From Acidobacteriota bacterium (lineage in GTDB: Bacteria; Acidobacteriota; UBA890; WLXD01), in the NCBI GenBank assembly GCA_965205505.1, contig CBDBHB010000008.1:96001-160000 (forward strand): a stretch of DNA of 64,000 bases, written 5' to 3'. Under the pieces are notes generated by a model that saw only the letters and a list, made by a program, of their open reading frames with translations, searched no databases and was not told the origin of the DNA. Numbering within the stretch: position 1 is the stretch's first letter; each line of letters starts with the position of its first letter. The position numbers and the translations under genes are program-made. Shown here one piece after another: positions 1 through 10,515 of this stretch.

Positions 1-19
1 AACTGCCGGCATCTTGTGA

Positions 20-814
<795 letters not shown>

Positions 815-824
815 GAGGGGGGCA

Positions 825-1838
825 ATGACGATGGATCCGATAACCACCACACTTCTCGATGACGCAGCAATGGTTCGCGCGCCGCCCGAGCAGAGCATCG
901 TATTTCCGAAGAACCTCGTCGGCATCCGGCCACTCGAATCCGAGCAGATCGGACTCGTGCTGGACACAGCGGAGCACTTCAGAGCGATCTCCGAGCGTCC
1001 CATCAAGAAGGTGCCGGCCCTTCGCGGCAAGACAGTCGTGAACCTGTTCTTCGAACCATCGACCCGGACCCGGACGAGCTTCGAGATAGCCGGCAAGCGG
1101 CTCTCGGCCGACGTCCAAAGCGTTTCAGCGTCAACCAGCAGCGTGGTCAAAGGAGAGACCCTTCTGGATACCGCTCGCAATATCGAGGCGATGCTCCCCG
1201 ATATCCTGGTGCTGCGTCACGCGTGCGCCGGAGCTACCGACTTCCTCGCGCGGCACTGCTCAGCCGCCGTGGTCAACGCCGGCGACGGAGCCCACGAGCA
1301 CCCGACCCAAGCGTTACTCGATGCCCTCACGATCCGCCGCAGCAAGGGCAGCATCGCCGGGCTGCGGGTGGTGATCGTGGGCGACATCGGCCATAGCCGG
1401 GTGGCGCGATCGAACATCCTGTGCCTGCGCAAGCTGGGGGCCGACGTTGCTGTGGCAGCGCCGCCGACGCTCATGCCCGTGCAGGTGGAATCGCTCGGCG
1501 TGACTGCCCACCACCGAATCGAGCCGGCGCTCGAGGGCGCCGATGTGGTCATGATGCTGCGTATCCAAGCAGAGCGTGGCGGCAAGCTCAACGTGCCCAG
1601 CGCGGCGGAGTACTTCAAGCTGTTCGGCCTCACGGAGAGCCGCCTGGCGCTTGCCCGCGACGATGCCATCGTCATGCATCCGGGACCAATGAACCGGGGC
1701 GTCGAGATCGCTTCGGATATCGCCGACGGGCCCCGATCGATGATTCTCGAACAGGTTACCAACGGGCTAGCGGTTCGGATGGCGATCCTCTATTTGCTGG
1801 CAGGAGGAAATCCGAAGAATGTCGATTCTTCTGCTTAG
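825..1838 (+). CDS. pyrB: Aspartate carbamoyltransferase catalytic subunit
   Basis: [25 protein letters not shown] motifs. Confidence 0.97.
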   Translation: MTMDPITTTLLDDAAMVRAPPEQSIVFPKNLVGIRPLESEQIGLVLDTAEHFRAISERPIKKVPALRGKTVVNLFFEPSTRTRTSFEIAGKRLSADVQSVSASTSSVVKGETLLDTARNIEAMLPDILVLRHACAGATDFLARHCSAAVVNAGDGAHEHPTQALLDALTIRRSKGSIAGLRVVIVGDIGHSRVARSNILCLRKLGADVAVAAPPTLMPVQVESLGVTAHHRIEPALEGADVVMMLRIQAERGGKLNVPSAAEYFKLFGLTESRLALARDDAIVMHPGPMNRGVEIASDIADGPRSMILEQVTNGLAVRMAILYLLAGGNPKNVDSSA

Positions 1839-3099
1839 GGGCGGCCGCCTGATCGACCCGACGAATGGCGTAGATACGGTCGGCGACTTGCTCGTCGTCG
1901 ACGGCGTCATCGAGAAGACGGGAACCAAGATCGACGCTACCGCCGCCGAGACGATCGAGTGCGGTGGCATGATTGTCGCTCCCGGTTTCGTTGACATGCA
2001 CGTTCACCTTCGAGAGCCGGGCTTCGAGCACAAGGAGACGATCGCCACGGGGACCATGGCAGCCGCTGCCGGCGGTTTTACCGCTGTCGCCTGCATGCCC
2101 AACACCAGGCCGGTGAACGACCACCGCGCGGTGACGGAGTTCATCGTCGAGCGGGCCAACCTCGAGGGGCACGTCCGGGTCCATCCGATCGGAGCAGTGA
2201 GCATCGATCAAGCCGGCGAGGCGTTGGCGGAGATTGGCGAACTAGTCGCAGCGGGCTGCGTGGCCGTCTCCGACGACGGGTATCCGGTGGCCACCGCACA
2301 GCTCATGCGCAAGGCGCTCGAGTACAGCCGTATGTTCGATATCCCGGTGATCGATCACTGTGAGGAGCGCTCGATGACCACCCGGTCTGTGATGCATGAG
2401 GGTGCGGTTTCTACCGCCCTGGGGATGCGTGGCTGGCCGGCGGCCGCCGAAGAGATCATCGTCGCCCGCGATCTATTGCTGGCCGAGGCGACCGGTGGAC
2501 GGCTGCACCTGGCACATCTTTCTACAGCCGGATCCATGCGACTCGTGCGCGACGCCAAGGAACGCGGCGTCGACGTAACGTGCGAGGTAATGACGCACCA
2601 TTTCTCGCTCACCGACGAGGCCGTGCGTGGCTTCGACACCAACACCAAGATGAACCCGCCGCTGCGCGCCGAGTCGGACCGTCAGGCGCTGCTCGAGGCG
2701 ATCGGCAACGGCACGGTCGACGCCATCGCCACCGACCACGCTCCGCATCATCGAGACGAAAAGCTGCTGGAATACGACCAGGCGCCGTTTGGCATCGTCG
2801 GCCTCGAGACTGCGATCCCACTCGCTTGCACTCACCTGCTGCGTACCGATGTCGTCGACGTCGCCCGGCTCGTGGAGCTCATGTCGGTCAACCCGAGCAG
2901 GATTCTCGGAATCGACGGCGGGACCCTGACCACCGGGGCGCCAGCCCACCTCACCGTCATCGATCCAGAACGCCAAGCAACGATCGACGCTTCGGCGTTT
3001 CACAGCAAGTCCCGAAACACCCCCTTCGATGAACAGACCCTCTACGGCTGGCCCATGCTGACCGTCGTCGACGGACAGATTGCCTGGCGTCGAACGTGA
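1819..3099 (+). CDS. pyrC: Dihydroorotase
   Basis: [28 protein letters not shown]. Confidence 0.96.
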   Translation: MSILLLRGGRLIDPTNGVDTVGDLLVVDGVIEKTGTKIDATAAETIECGGMIVAPGFVDMHVHLREPGFEHKETIATGTMAAAAGGFTAVACMPNTRPVNDHRAVTEFIVERANLEGHVRVHPIGAVSIDQAGEALAEIGELVAAGCVAVSDDGYPVATAQLMRKALEYSRMFDIPVIDHCEERSMTTRSVMHEGAVSTALGMRGWPAAAEEIIVARDLLLAEATGGRLHLAHLSTAGSMRLVRDAKERGVDVTCEVMTHHFSLTDEAVRGFDTNTKMNPPLRAESDRQALLEAIGNGTVDAIATDHAPHHRDEKLLEYDQAPFGIVGLETAIPLACTHLLRTDVVDVARLVELMSVNPSRILGIDGGTLTTGAPAHLTVIDPERQATIDASAFHSKSRNTPFDEQTLYGWPMLTVVDGQIAWRRT

Positions 3100-3674
3100 G
3101 CCCAGCGCCCAACGTCCGCGCCCTGTTGCTCGACAGCGAAGCCCTGCTGGAGGGTCACTTCGCGCTCTCCTCGGGCCGGCATTCGGACCGCTATCTACAA
3201 TGTGCTCGCGCCCTTCAGCATCCGGACGTCGCCGAGCGACTCGGAGCGGAGCTCGCCCAGCTCTGCCGCGACGAGCTGACAGAGGCCCCCGAAGTGGTTG
3301 TGTCTCCCGCCCTCGGTGGTCTGATCATCGGACATGAAGTGGGGCGAGCCCTGGGGCTGCGAGCGTGCTTCACGGAGCGCGTCGAAGGTGTTATGGAGCT
3401 GCGGCGTGGGTTCGCACTGACCCCTGGCGAGCGTGTGTTGATGGTGGAGGATGTCGTTACGACCGGCCTCAGCAGTCGTGAAACGCTGCAGGTAATCCGC
3501 CAGCACGGCGGCCATCCGGTCGGTGCCGCCTGCATCGCCAATCGCCTCGGGGCCGCGGAGGTCGACGAGCTGCCGCTGCTGGCTCTCTTGATGCTCGATG
3601 CGCCGGTTTGGGAGCCGCATGAGTGTCCGTCATGTGCCGCCGGGAGCACGGCGATCAAGCCAGGGAGTCGCTAG
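3096..3674 (+). CDS. pyrE: Orotate phosphoribosyltransferase
   Basis: GHFALSSGRHS, VEDVVTTGLS, C-terminal CPSC..KPGSR. Confidence 0.95.
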   Translation: MSPAPNVRALLLDSEALLEGHFALSSGRHSDRYLQCARALQHPDVAERLGAELAQLCRDELTEAPEVVVSPALGGLIIGHEVGRALGLRACFTERVEGVMELRRGFALTPGERVLMVEDVVTTGLSSRETLQVIRQHGGHPVGAACIANRLGAAEVDELPLLALLMLDAPVWEPHECPSCAAGSTAIKPGSR

Positions 3675-3949
3675 CAGGCCGTGGTGGAAGTGTGGCGGGT
3701 CTGGTTACGGCGAGTTGGGGCCAGATGCAAGGCGGCCTGACACTGGCGATGCCCTAGCCATCGTCGAGGAAGGCCAACGCCGCAAATGGCCCCAAATCGC
3801 CGTAACCCTTCGGGCGACAGGGGGTTGCGCACGTATGCTGCGTCGTTCCTCGTCAACGATGGGGTAACCATCGCCTCCTCCTCCCTCCTTGCCTCCGCCT
3901 CGCAAGACCCTGTCGCCAGGCCCGCCACACTTCCACCACGGCCTGCTAG
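3671..3949. mobile_element. 279-bp MITE-like element (family A), full copy 1
   Basis: CTAG at both ends; 30-bp TIR CAGGCCGTGGTGGAAGTGTGGCGGG(T/C)CTGG with 1 mismatch; same-length copy at 60507-60785; no transposase. Confidence 0.9.
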
Positions 3950-3950
3950 G

Positions 3951-5705
3951 TCAGTGACGCCCGAGTTGGCGTTCGATTGAGCGGTGATCGAGCCGCAGCA
4001 TGATCGGACGCCCGTGTGGACAGCGGGTCGGCGACTCACACTCTCCAAGCTGAGAAATCAGGCTCGCCATGACCTCCCGTGTCAGTGGCTGATTCGCCTT
4101 GACAGCCGCGTGACACGCGATCGAAGCGGCAACCTGATTCTGGATCTGTTCAGCCGCTTCGCCGCCACGCTCATCGGCCAACGACGCGAGCAGGGCGCGC
4201 AGCGTCGGCGCACCGCGCCGCGCCCCCAACACCTCCGGAACAGTGCGCAGTGTCCAGGTTTGTCCCCCGAACGGCTCGATCTCGAAACCGAACGTGGCCA
4301 GCAGCTCTTGGTGTTGCTCGGCCGCCGCCACCTCTACGGCAGTCAGCTCCACGGTCTCGGGTACCAGCAATCCTTGCACCGGGACGCGGCGACGTCGACG
4401 TTGCTCCAGCACCTGCTCGTAGAGGACCCGCTCGTGCGCCACGTGCTGATCGATGATCAGCAGCCCGTCGTCGTCGACGGCGAGGATGTACGTGTTGGCG
4501 TACTGCGCGATCGCCTGGACGGCGCCGGGGGTGCCCCCAATCGGTGCTGCGACCTGGCTTTCGCGGATATCCCCTCCGATCCCCGAGCCACCGATCGACA
4601 CCCAGTCGCGCAGGGGCAGGCTGGGCGCCCACGGCGCGCGCACTGGGATTCCCGAGGTACCGTCAGGGGCATCTCGAACCACCCCGTCGGACATCGGCTG
4701 TGGCCATGCGCTCGGTGGCGGCAGCCGACTCGCGAGCGACGTCGCCACGGCTCGCCGCAGCACCGCGAAGACGCGGCCCGGCTCGACGAAGCGCACCTCG
4801 GCCTTGCGCGGATGCACGTTCACGTCTACCTCGGCGGGATCGAGTGCAAGAAACAACACCGCCACCGGGAACCGCCGGCGTTCCAGCAGCGAATCGAAGC
4901 CCGACACGACCGCATGTGCCAGGCGACCATCGCTGACCACCCTGCCGTTCACGAACAGGTGGATGTGGCGCCGGTTGGATCGCGTATGCTCCGGGCTCGT
5001 CACGCCTCCGACCACACGTATTTCGCTGCCGCCCTCGACCAGCACCCAGCACTCGGCGACCGCCGCGCCGAGCACCTGATGGATGCGTTCGTCGAGCGCC
5101 GCGACCGGAGGAGCCACGAGGCGCTCGCGGCCGTCTACGGAGAGCGTCAGACCGATGTCCGGCCGCAACAACGCGAAGTCTTCGACCACCGCAGCAACGT
5201 GCCCGGTCTCGGTGGCGTCGGTACGCAGGTGCTTTAGCCGCGCCGGCGTGTTGTAGAAGAGTTCGTGCACGCGCAGACGCGTGCCGCGCGGGCCTACGGA
5301 CGTGCGTACGCTCGGCCTTTCACGCTCTCCGACGCGAATCTCGGCACCAACCCCCTCGCCTGTGCCGGTATGCATCTCGACGCGAGCCACCGCGGCAATG
5401 CTGGCGAGAGCCTCGCCGCGGAAGCCGAGCGTGCGTATGTCGTCGAGATCCTCGACCGTCGCGATCTTGCTCGTCGCGTGTTGCCGGAACGCCAAGACCG
5501 CATCCTCGGACGTCATCCCGTGGCCGTCGTCGTCAACTTCAATCAGCCGCCGGCCGCCGGCCTCGATACGAACATCGATGCGGGAGGCACCCGCATCGAG
5601 AGCGTTCTCGATCAACTCCTTGACGACAGAGGCGGGGCGCTCGACGACCTCCCCTGCCGCGATGCGATCGATGACGGCACCATCGAGCATGTGAATGGCG
5701 TTCAT
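3951..5705 (-). CDS. mutL: DNA mismatch repair endonuclease MutL
   Basis: IAAGEVVERPASVVKELIEN, GFRGEAL, DQHVAHER, ACH, CPHGRP. Confidence 0.97.
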   Translation of the reverse strand: MNAIHMLDGAVIDRIAAGEVVERPASVVKELIENALDAGASRIDVRIEAGGRRLIEVDDDGHGMTSEDAVLAFRQHATSKIATVEDLDDIRTLGFRGEALASIAAVARVEMHTGTGEGVGAEIRVGERERPSVRTSVGPRGTRLRVHELFYNTPARLKHLRTDATETGHVAAVVEDFALLRPDIGLTLSVDGRERLVAPPVAALDERIHQVLGAAVAECWVLVEGGSEIRVVGGVTSPEHTRSNRRHIHLFVNGRVVSDGRLAHAVVSGFDSLLERRRFPVAVLFLALDPAEVDVNVHPRKAEVRFVEPGRVFAVLRRAVATSLASRLPPPSAWPQPMSDGVVRDAPDGTSGIPVRAPWAPSLPLRDWVSIGGSGIGGDIRESQVAAPIGGTPGAVQAIAQYANTYILAVDDDGLLIIDQHVAHERVLYEQVLEQRRRRRVPVQGLLVPETVELTAVEVAAAEQHQELLATFGFEIEPFGGQTWTLRTVPEVLGARRGAPTLRALLASLADERGGEAAEQIQNQVAASIACHAAVKANQPLTREVMASLISQLGECESPTRCPHGRPIMLRLDHRSIERQLGRH

Positions 5706-6493
5706 AGGTGAATCTTATTCGACGCCATCCAGCGCGAGTTGCTAGTGTCGCGCAGGCGCTGCATGACGCGCAGCGAGCGCGGCGTGCGGTCGAGGTGCCC
5801 GACGATGAGGACTCGGGTTATCGCGCCCAGTCCGCGCACGGCGGCCGGGTCGGGATGCTCCGCCACGAGCCTGCTGGGTGCCTCTCGCAGAATCGCCGCC
5901 AGGAGATGCCTCGCCTCCGGCGCCAGGCGGCGCCGTGCGATTACCTGTCCACAGTTGCGGCCACAGAGGAATCCCAGCGTCACATCCGATACCCAGATCT
6001 CCCCGCCAAGCTGCCGGCCGCAGTTACTACATTCCTCGACGCCGGGGAGCAAACCGGCCAGACGCAGCATCCAGACCTCGAAGTAGCGCATCAGCGCATC
6101 TGGGGCGCCATCGATCTCAAGGCAGTCGAGACAGGCACCAATCAATCGATAAAGCGTCGGTGAGGCGTCGTGCTCGGGGGCGAACCCGATGATCAGCTCG
6201 GCCAGATACGCCGCCAGCGCAGCTTCCTCGGGCTTTCCCAATGCCTCGAAGTACGAACGCTCGAGCTCGCATGACGACAAGCGACCCAGGTCGTCCTTCT
6301 CGCGCTGGAAGTAAACGATGCGCGACCTAGTAAAAGGTTCGAAGGCGCTGCCGAAACGACTCTTGATGCGTCGCGCCGACTTGGCCACGGCGCGTACCCG
6401 ACCATACTCACGGGTGAAGAAGTCGGCGATCAGATCGGCCTCTCCCAGCGGTCGCGTACGAAGCGCATATCCGCTCGCCTGCTTGATTGCCAC
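5702..6493 (-). CDS. recO: DNA repair protein RecO
   Basis: GEADLI..FTREYG, zinc finger CSNC..C; GTG start at 6493 just after the mgtE stop. Confidence 0.9.
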   Translation of the reverse strand: MAIKQASGYALRTRPLGEADLIADFFTREYGRVRAVAKSARRIKSRFGSAFEPFTRSRIVYFQREKDDLGRLSSCELERSYFEALGKPEEAALAAYLAELIIGFAPEHDASPTLYRLIGACLDCLEIDGAPDALMRYFEVWMLRLAGLLPGVEECSNCGRQLGGEIWVSDVTLGFLCGRNCGQVIARRRLAPEARHLLAAILREAPSRLVAEHPDPAAVRGLGAITRVLIVGHLDRTPRSLRVMQRLRDTSNSRWMASNKIHL

Positions 6494-6494
6494 G

Positions 6495-7865
6495 TCAGGA
6501 CACGACGAGGAGGCTGGCGATGCTGAAATACGCGACGATGCCCAAAACGTCGATCGCCGTCGTGACAAAAGGCCCGGTGGCGATTGCCGGGTCAACACCG
6601 AACCGCTTGAGCAGAATCGGGGTCGACGCACCGACGGTGGCGGCCAGCACCATGCACGAGACCAACGATAAGGCAACCACCGCCGCCAGCGCCGGGATCT
6701 CGGGGTTCCGAAAGTAAACCGTAATACCCAGCAAGGCCCCGAATACCAGGCCTAACGTGAGCGCCACTCGTAGCTCGCGCAGCACAGTCACCATGCGCTG
6801 CCCGGCGACCAGCCGTCCAGTGGCCATCCCGCGCACTACAATCGTCGCCGCTTGCGTACCCACGTTACCGCCCATACCGACGATGATCGGGATGAACACG
6901 GCCAGGACGATCAGTTGCGACAACATGTCCTCGAAGTGCTCGATGACCTGCGCTGCAACGATGCCGCCGATCCACGCAGCGAACAGCCACGGCAGACGTA
7001 AGAGCACGTTGCGCCACAGCGGTGCGGTCAGCACTTCTTCCTCGTCCTCGCCCACGCCGGCCATAAGCAGGATGTCCTCTGTTTCCTCCTCCCGCATGAT
7101 GTCGATGACGTCATCGACGGTAACCATACCCGTCAACTTGTTGTCGTGGTCCACGACCGGCAACGCCAGATAGTTGTAGCGCGCCACCAAGTTCGCAACC
7201 TCCTCCTGGTCGGTATCGACACTCACCGCAACCAATCGCGTTTTCATGACGTCTCTCAAGCGCTCGCTGGCGCCGCGAAGCAGCAGATCGCGCAGCGAGC
7301 ACACGCCCATCAGGTGACCATGCTCGTCGACCACGTACAGGTAGAACGCCATCTCCAGGTCCTCGGAGCGGGATTGCCGCAGCGCCTCGATGGCCTCGGC
7401 GATCTTCGAGTCCTCGTGCAGCGCGAACACCTCTGGGCTCATGATTCTGCCGGCGGTGTCCTCGTCGTAGCCGAGCAGGCCCTCGACCTCTTCGTGTCCG
7501 GTTCGCTCGAGCTGCGCGAGCACGCGCTCGGCGACATCCTCGGGTAACGCGGTTACCAGGTCAGCGGCGTCGTCGGCACCCACCTCCGACAGGATCTTGG
7601 CGATCTCGGTATCAGGCCGCCCCTGCAGTAGCCGCGCCACGTCGGAGGGCTCCAGCTCCGCCAGCACCTCGCCGGCGCGTCTTGGCGCATCGGCGAGAAC
7701 CAGGCTGAACACATCGGTACTCTCATCCTCGTCGAGTCGCCAGATCAGCCGGGCCACGTCGGCAGCATGCAGCTTGGAGACGAAATTCTCCGCGTGAGCA
7801 CGCGCGCCGCGGTGCAGTAATCTCCGCAACGGCTGCACCATCAGACTGACGCGTTGGTGATGCAT
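6495..7865 (-). CDS. mgtE: Magnesium transporter MgtE
   Basis: MgtE_N, CBS pair, GMGGNVGTQ, DPAIATGPFVTT; ATG overlaps era stop (TGATG). Confidence 0.95.
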   Translation of the reverse strand: MHHQRVSLMVQPLRRLLHRGARAHAENFVSKLHAADVARLIWRLDEDESTDVFSLVLADAPRRAGEVLAELEPSDVARLLQGRPDTEIAKILSEVGADDAADLVTALPEDVAERVLAQLERTGHEEVEGLLGYDEDTAGRIMSPEVFALHEDSKIAEAIEALRQSRSEDLEMAFYLYVVDEHGHLMGVCSLRDLLLRGASERLRDVMKTRLVAVSVDTDQEEVANLVARYNYLALPVVDHDNKLTGMVTVDDVIDIMREEETEDILLMAGVGEDEEEVLTAPLWRNVLLRLPWLFAAWIGGIVAAQVIEHFEDMLSQLIVLAVFIPIIVGMGGNVGTQAATIVVRGMATGRLVAGQRMVTVLRELRVALTLGLVFGALLGITVYFRNPEIPALAAVVALSLVSCMVLAATVGASTPILLKRFGVDPAIATGPFVTTAIDVLGIVAYFSIASLLVVS

Positions 7866-8791
7866 CAGGTGATCTCCATCTCGTCGAGCAACCGGGCCTG
7901 CTGCCTCCATTCCGGCTTCACCTTGACCCATAGCTCGAGCACCACGTGCCGACCGATGAGCTCCTCGATCTGACGGCGAGCCGCCGTGCCTACCCGGCGC
8001 AACATCGATCCGCCCTTGCCGATAACGATGGGTTTCTGCCCGTCGCGCTCAACGTAGATCGTAGCGCCGATCTGGACAGTACTCTCACCATCATCGCTCT
8101 CCTCCCAGCGATCTACGGTCACCGCCGTCGTGTAGGGGAGCTCCTCGCGAGTACGGTGCAAGAGCTCCTCGCGCACCATCTCTGCGACCATGAAGCGCGC
8201 CGATCGATCCGTAGTGGTTTCGTCGGGATACAGCAACGGACCCGGCGGAAGGTGACGAAAAACGGCGTCTAGGAACGCGTCCAAGTTGTCGCCCGCGACA
8301 GCAGAGATCGGGATGATATCGGCAAAATCGTGCCGCCGTTGGAACCAGTCGATGGTCGGGAGCAACTGTGGCTTCGCGATGCGATCGATCTTGTTGAGTA
8401 GCAGAACGGTCGGAGCAGCGACGGTGCCCAGAGTGTCTATGAGATAGTCGATGCCGCCGCCTCGCCGCTCGCTGGCATCGACGATCACTGCTACCAGATC
8501 GACGTTGAGCATCGCCTGGCGAGTCGCTCGCATCATGCGACGGTTCATACGGTAGTGGGGGCGGTGCACCCCCGGCGTATCCACGAATACCGCCTGACCG
8601 CGATCCTCCGTCAGAACCCCGCTGATGCGATGCCGCGTAGTTTGCGGCTTGTTCGACACAATGGAGATCTTGGTGCCGACCAGCCGGTTCAGCAGAGTCG
8701 ACTTGCCGGCGTTGGGCCGCCCGACGAGGGTTACCGTGCCGCATCGAAACCCATCAACCGGGGACGTAGTATCGGAAACTATAGTGTCCAT
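7865..8791 (-). CDS. era: GTPase Era
   Basis: GRPNAGKSTLLN, KPQTTR, DTPG, NKID, KH domain VIGKGG. Confidence 0.97.
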   Translation of the reverse strand: MDTIVSDTTSPVDGFRCGTVTLVGRPNAGKSTLLNRLVGTKISIVSNKPQTTRHRISGVLTEDRGQAVFVDTPGVHRPHYRMNRRMMRATRQAMLNVDLVAVIVDASERRGGGIDYLIDTLGTVAAPTVLLLNKIDRIAKPQLLPTIDWFQRRHDFADIIPISAVAGDNLDAFLDAVFRHLPPGPLLYPDETTTDRSARFMVAEMVREELLHRTREELPYTTAVTVDRWEESDDGESTVQIGATIYVERDGQKPIVIGKGGSMLRRVGTAARRQIEELIGRHVVLELWVKVKPEWRQQARLLDEMEIT

Positions 8792-8824
8792 GAAAATCCG
8801 GTGTTCTCAACGCCGTCGGCTAGC

Positions 8825-10051
8825 TCAGAGTGTCGTGATGCGAATCCGGTGAATGCGCCGTTCGTCGGCGTCGAGGACCTCGATATGTAGACCCTCGAAG
8901 TCGAAGCGCTCCCCGGCTTCGGGGACGCGGCCGAGGTGTGTGAAGACCATACCGCCGATGGTATGGAACTCGCCCTCTCGTATGGGGCGGCCAATGGCCT
9001 CTTCAACATCCTCGATCTCGGCCTTCCCGGCAACGATCGCACCGTCGGCGCGGATCTCGACCAGCCGCTCCTCGGGCTCATCCTCATCCTGGATCTCACC
9101 GACGATCTCCTCGAGCACGTCCTCGAGCGTGGCCAGACCGGCCGTCCCTCCGTACTCGTCGACGACGATCGCCATTTGCTCCCGTCGATGCTGAAACTCG
9201 GCCAGCAACTCGTTGACGTGTTTGCTCTCGGGAACGAAGAAAGCTGGGCGCGCGATGCTGGTTACGGGCTCTTCGTCGAGCTGGCCCTGGAGCGCGGTAA
9301 GGAGGTCCTTCAGGTTCACCAGCCCGACGATGTTGTCCAGATCATCGGTGACGACGGGAATACGTGAGAATCGGTGCTCCGCGATCAGCCGCCGTAGTTG
9401 GACAAGGCTCTCCTTGGCGTCGATGGCGATCACGTCGACGCGCGGTGTCATCACCTCGCGGACAATTGTCTCATCGAAGTCGGCCACGCCACGCAGTAGC
9501 GCTTCCTCGGACTCGCTGACCAAACCCTCTTCTTCCGCCAGGTCCAGGAATGCCCCCAGGTCGTCGCGCTCCGCATCATCCGTGTTGGCCAGGTTGCGAG
9601 CTCGGGCGCGGTCAGCCGTACGCGAGAGATAGGCCGCGAGGGGACCGAACACGAGCCGCACCAAACGGGACCACGGCGCGCCGGCCCGGAGCACCCGGTC
9701 TGAGCCGACAAGCGCGACTAGCCAATAGGGCAGCAGCTTGTCGACGATCAGATATGCCGCGATGGTGACAACCAGCGGGGCGACCAGCCATGGCTGCCAC
9801 GCATGGCGCACGCCATGCACGGCAATCTGTACCGACAGGCCGACCAGCAGCAACTGCCGGGCCACGCCCATCGACACGAACGCGATTTCGACCGCCGAAG
9901 ATCCCACCTCGTCGACCTCGTCGGCCAGGGTTCCACTGGCCCATTCGCGCCGTTGCAAACGGCTCAGGCTGCGTCCGGCGACGGTCACTGCCGCGGAGAT
10001 CGCCAAGAGCACGCCGGTCCCGATGAGCGCAGCGACCTCCCCAGCTGTCAT
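8825..10051 (-). CDS. HlyC/CorC (CNNM-CBS-CorC) family membrane protein
   Basis: N-terminal TM region, VREVMTPR, SRIPV, VVDEYGGTAGL.TLED; ATGA overlap with ybeY. Confidence 0.88.
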   Translation of the reverse strand: MTAGEVAALIGTGVLLAISAAVTVAGRSLSRLQRREWASGTLADEVDEVGSSAVEIAFVSMGVARQLLLVGLSVQIAVHGVRHAWQPWLVAPLVVTIAAYLIVDKLLPYWLVALVGSDRVLRAGAPWSRLVRLVFGPLAAYLSRTADRARARNLANTDDAERDDLGAFLDLAEEEGLVSESEEALLRGVADFDETIVREVMTPRVDVIAIDAKESLVQLRRLIAEHRFSRIPVVTDDLDNIVGLVNLKDLLTALQGQLDEEPVTSIARPAFFVPESKHVNELLAEFQHRREQMAIVVDEYGGTAGLATLEDVLEEIVGEIQDEDEPEERLVEIRADGAIVAGKAEIEDVEEAIGRPIREGEFHTIGGMVFTHLGRVPEAGERFDFEGLHIEVLDADERRIHRIRITTL

Positions 10052-10515
10052 GTTGGTGTCCCTGCAGACACGCACCGCGGGCGCAAAGCGCGCTCCAGCC
10101 GCGACATCGTGCCGCCGTCGCTCGTGTGGTCGTATCCGAACAGATGCAACACCCCGTGCAGCGCCAACACGTTCAGCTCGTAGAGGTACGGATGACCGAG
10201 CTCCCGAGCCTGACGGGCCGCCTGGTCGGTACAAATCATCACATCGCCCCAATACTCTGGGTCGCCCGCATCTGGCCGCATCGCCTTCGTGTCCAGCAGC
10301 GCTCCATCGTTCACCGGAAACGACAGCACGTCAGTGGTGGTGTCCTTGCCGATGAACCGGCCGTGATGATCAGTCATGAGCGCATCGTCCACGAATGCGA
10401 AGGCGATTGTTCCCGTGCCCCGGTCGCCGCAAGCGCGGGCGACTTCCGCCACCCGGCGGAGATTCGATGCCGCCAGCACCGGTCGAAGCTGATAGTTCCG
10501 CACGACTACGTTCAA
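10048..10515 (-). CDS. ybeY: rRNA maturation endoribonuclease YbeY
   Basis: TDVLSFP, HGVLHLFGYDH. Confidence 0.95.
   Translation of the reverse strand: MNVVVRNYQLRPVLAASNLRRVAEVARACGDRGTGTIAFAFVDDALMTDHHGRFIGKDTTTDVLSFPVNDGALLDTKAMRPDAGDPEYWGDVMICTDQAARQARELGHPYLYELNVLALHGVLHLFGYDHTSDGGTMSRLERALRPRCVSAGTPT

Noticed and set aside
3671-4048. Similar small ORFs at 3671-4048, 60507-60788 and 57798-58229 as a protein family
   Set aside because: The similarity comes from the repeated non-coding element; starts and lengths are inconsistent between copies.
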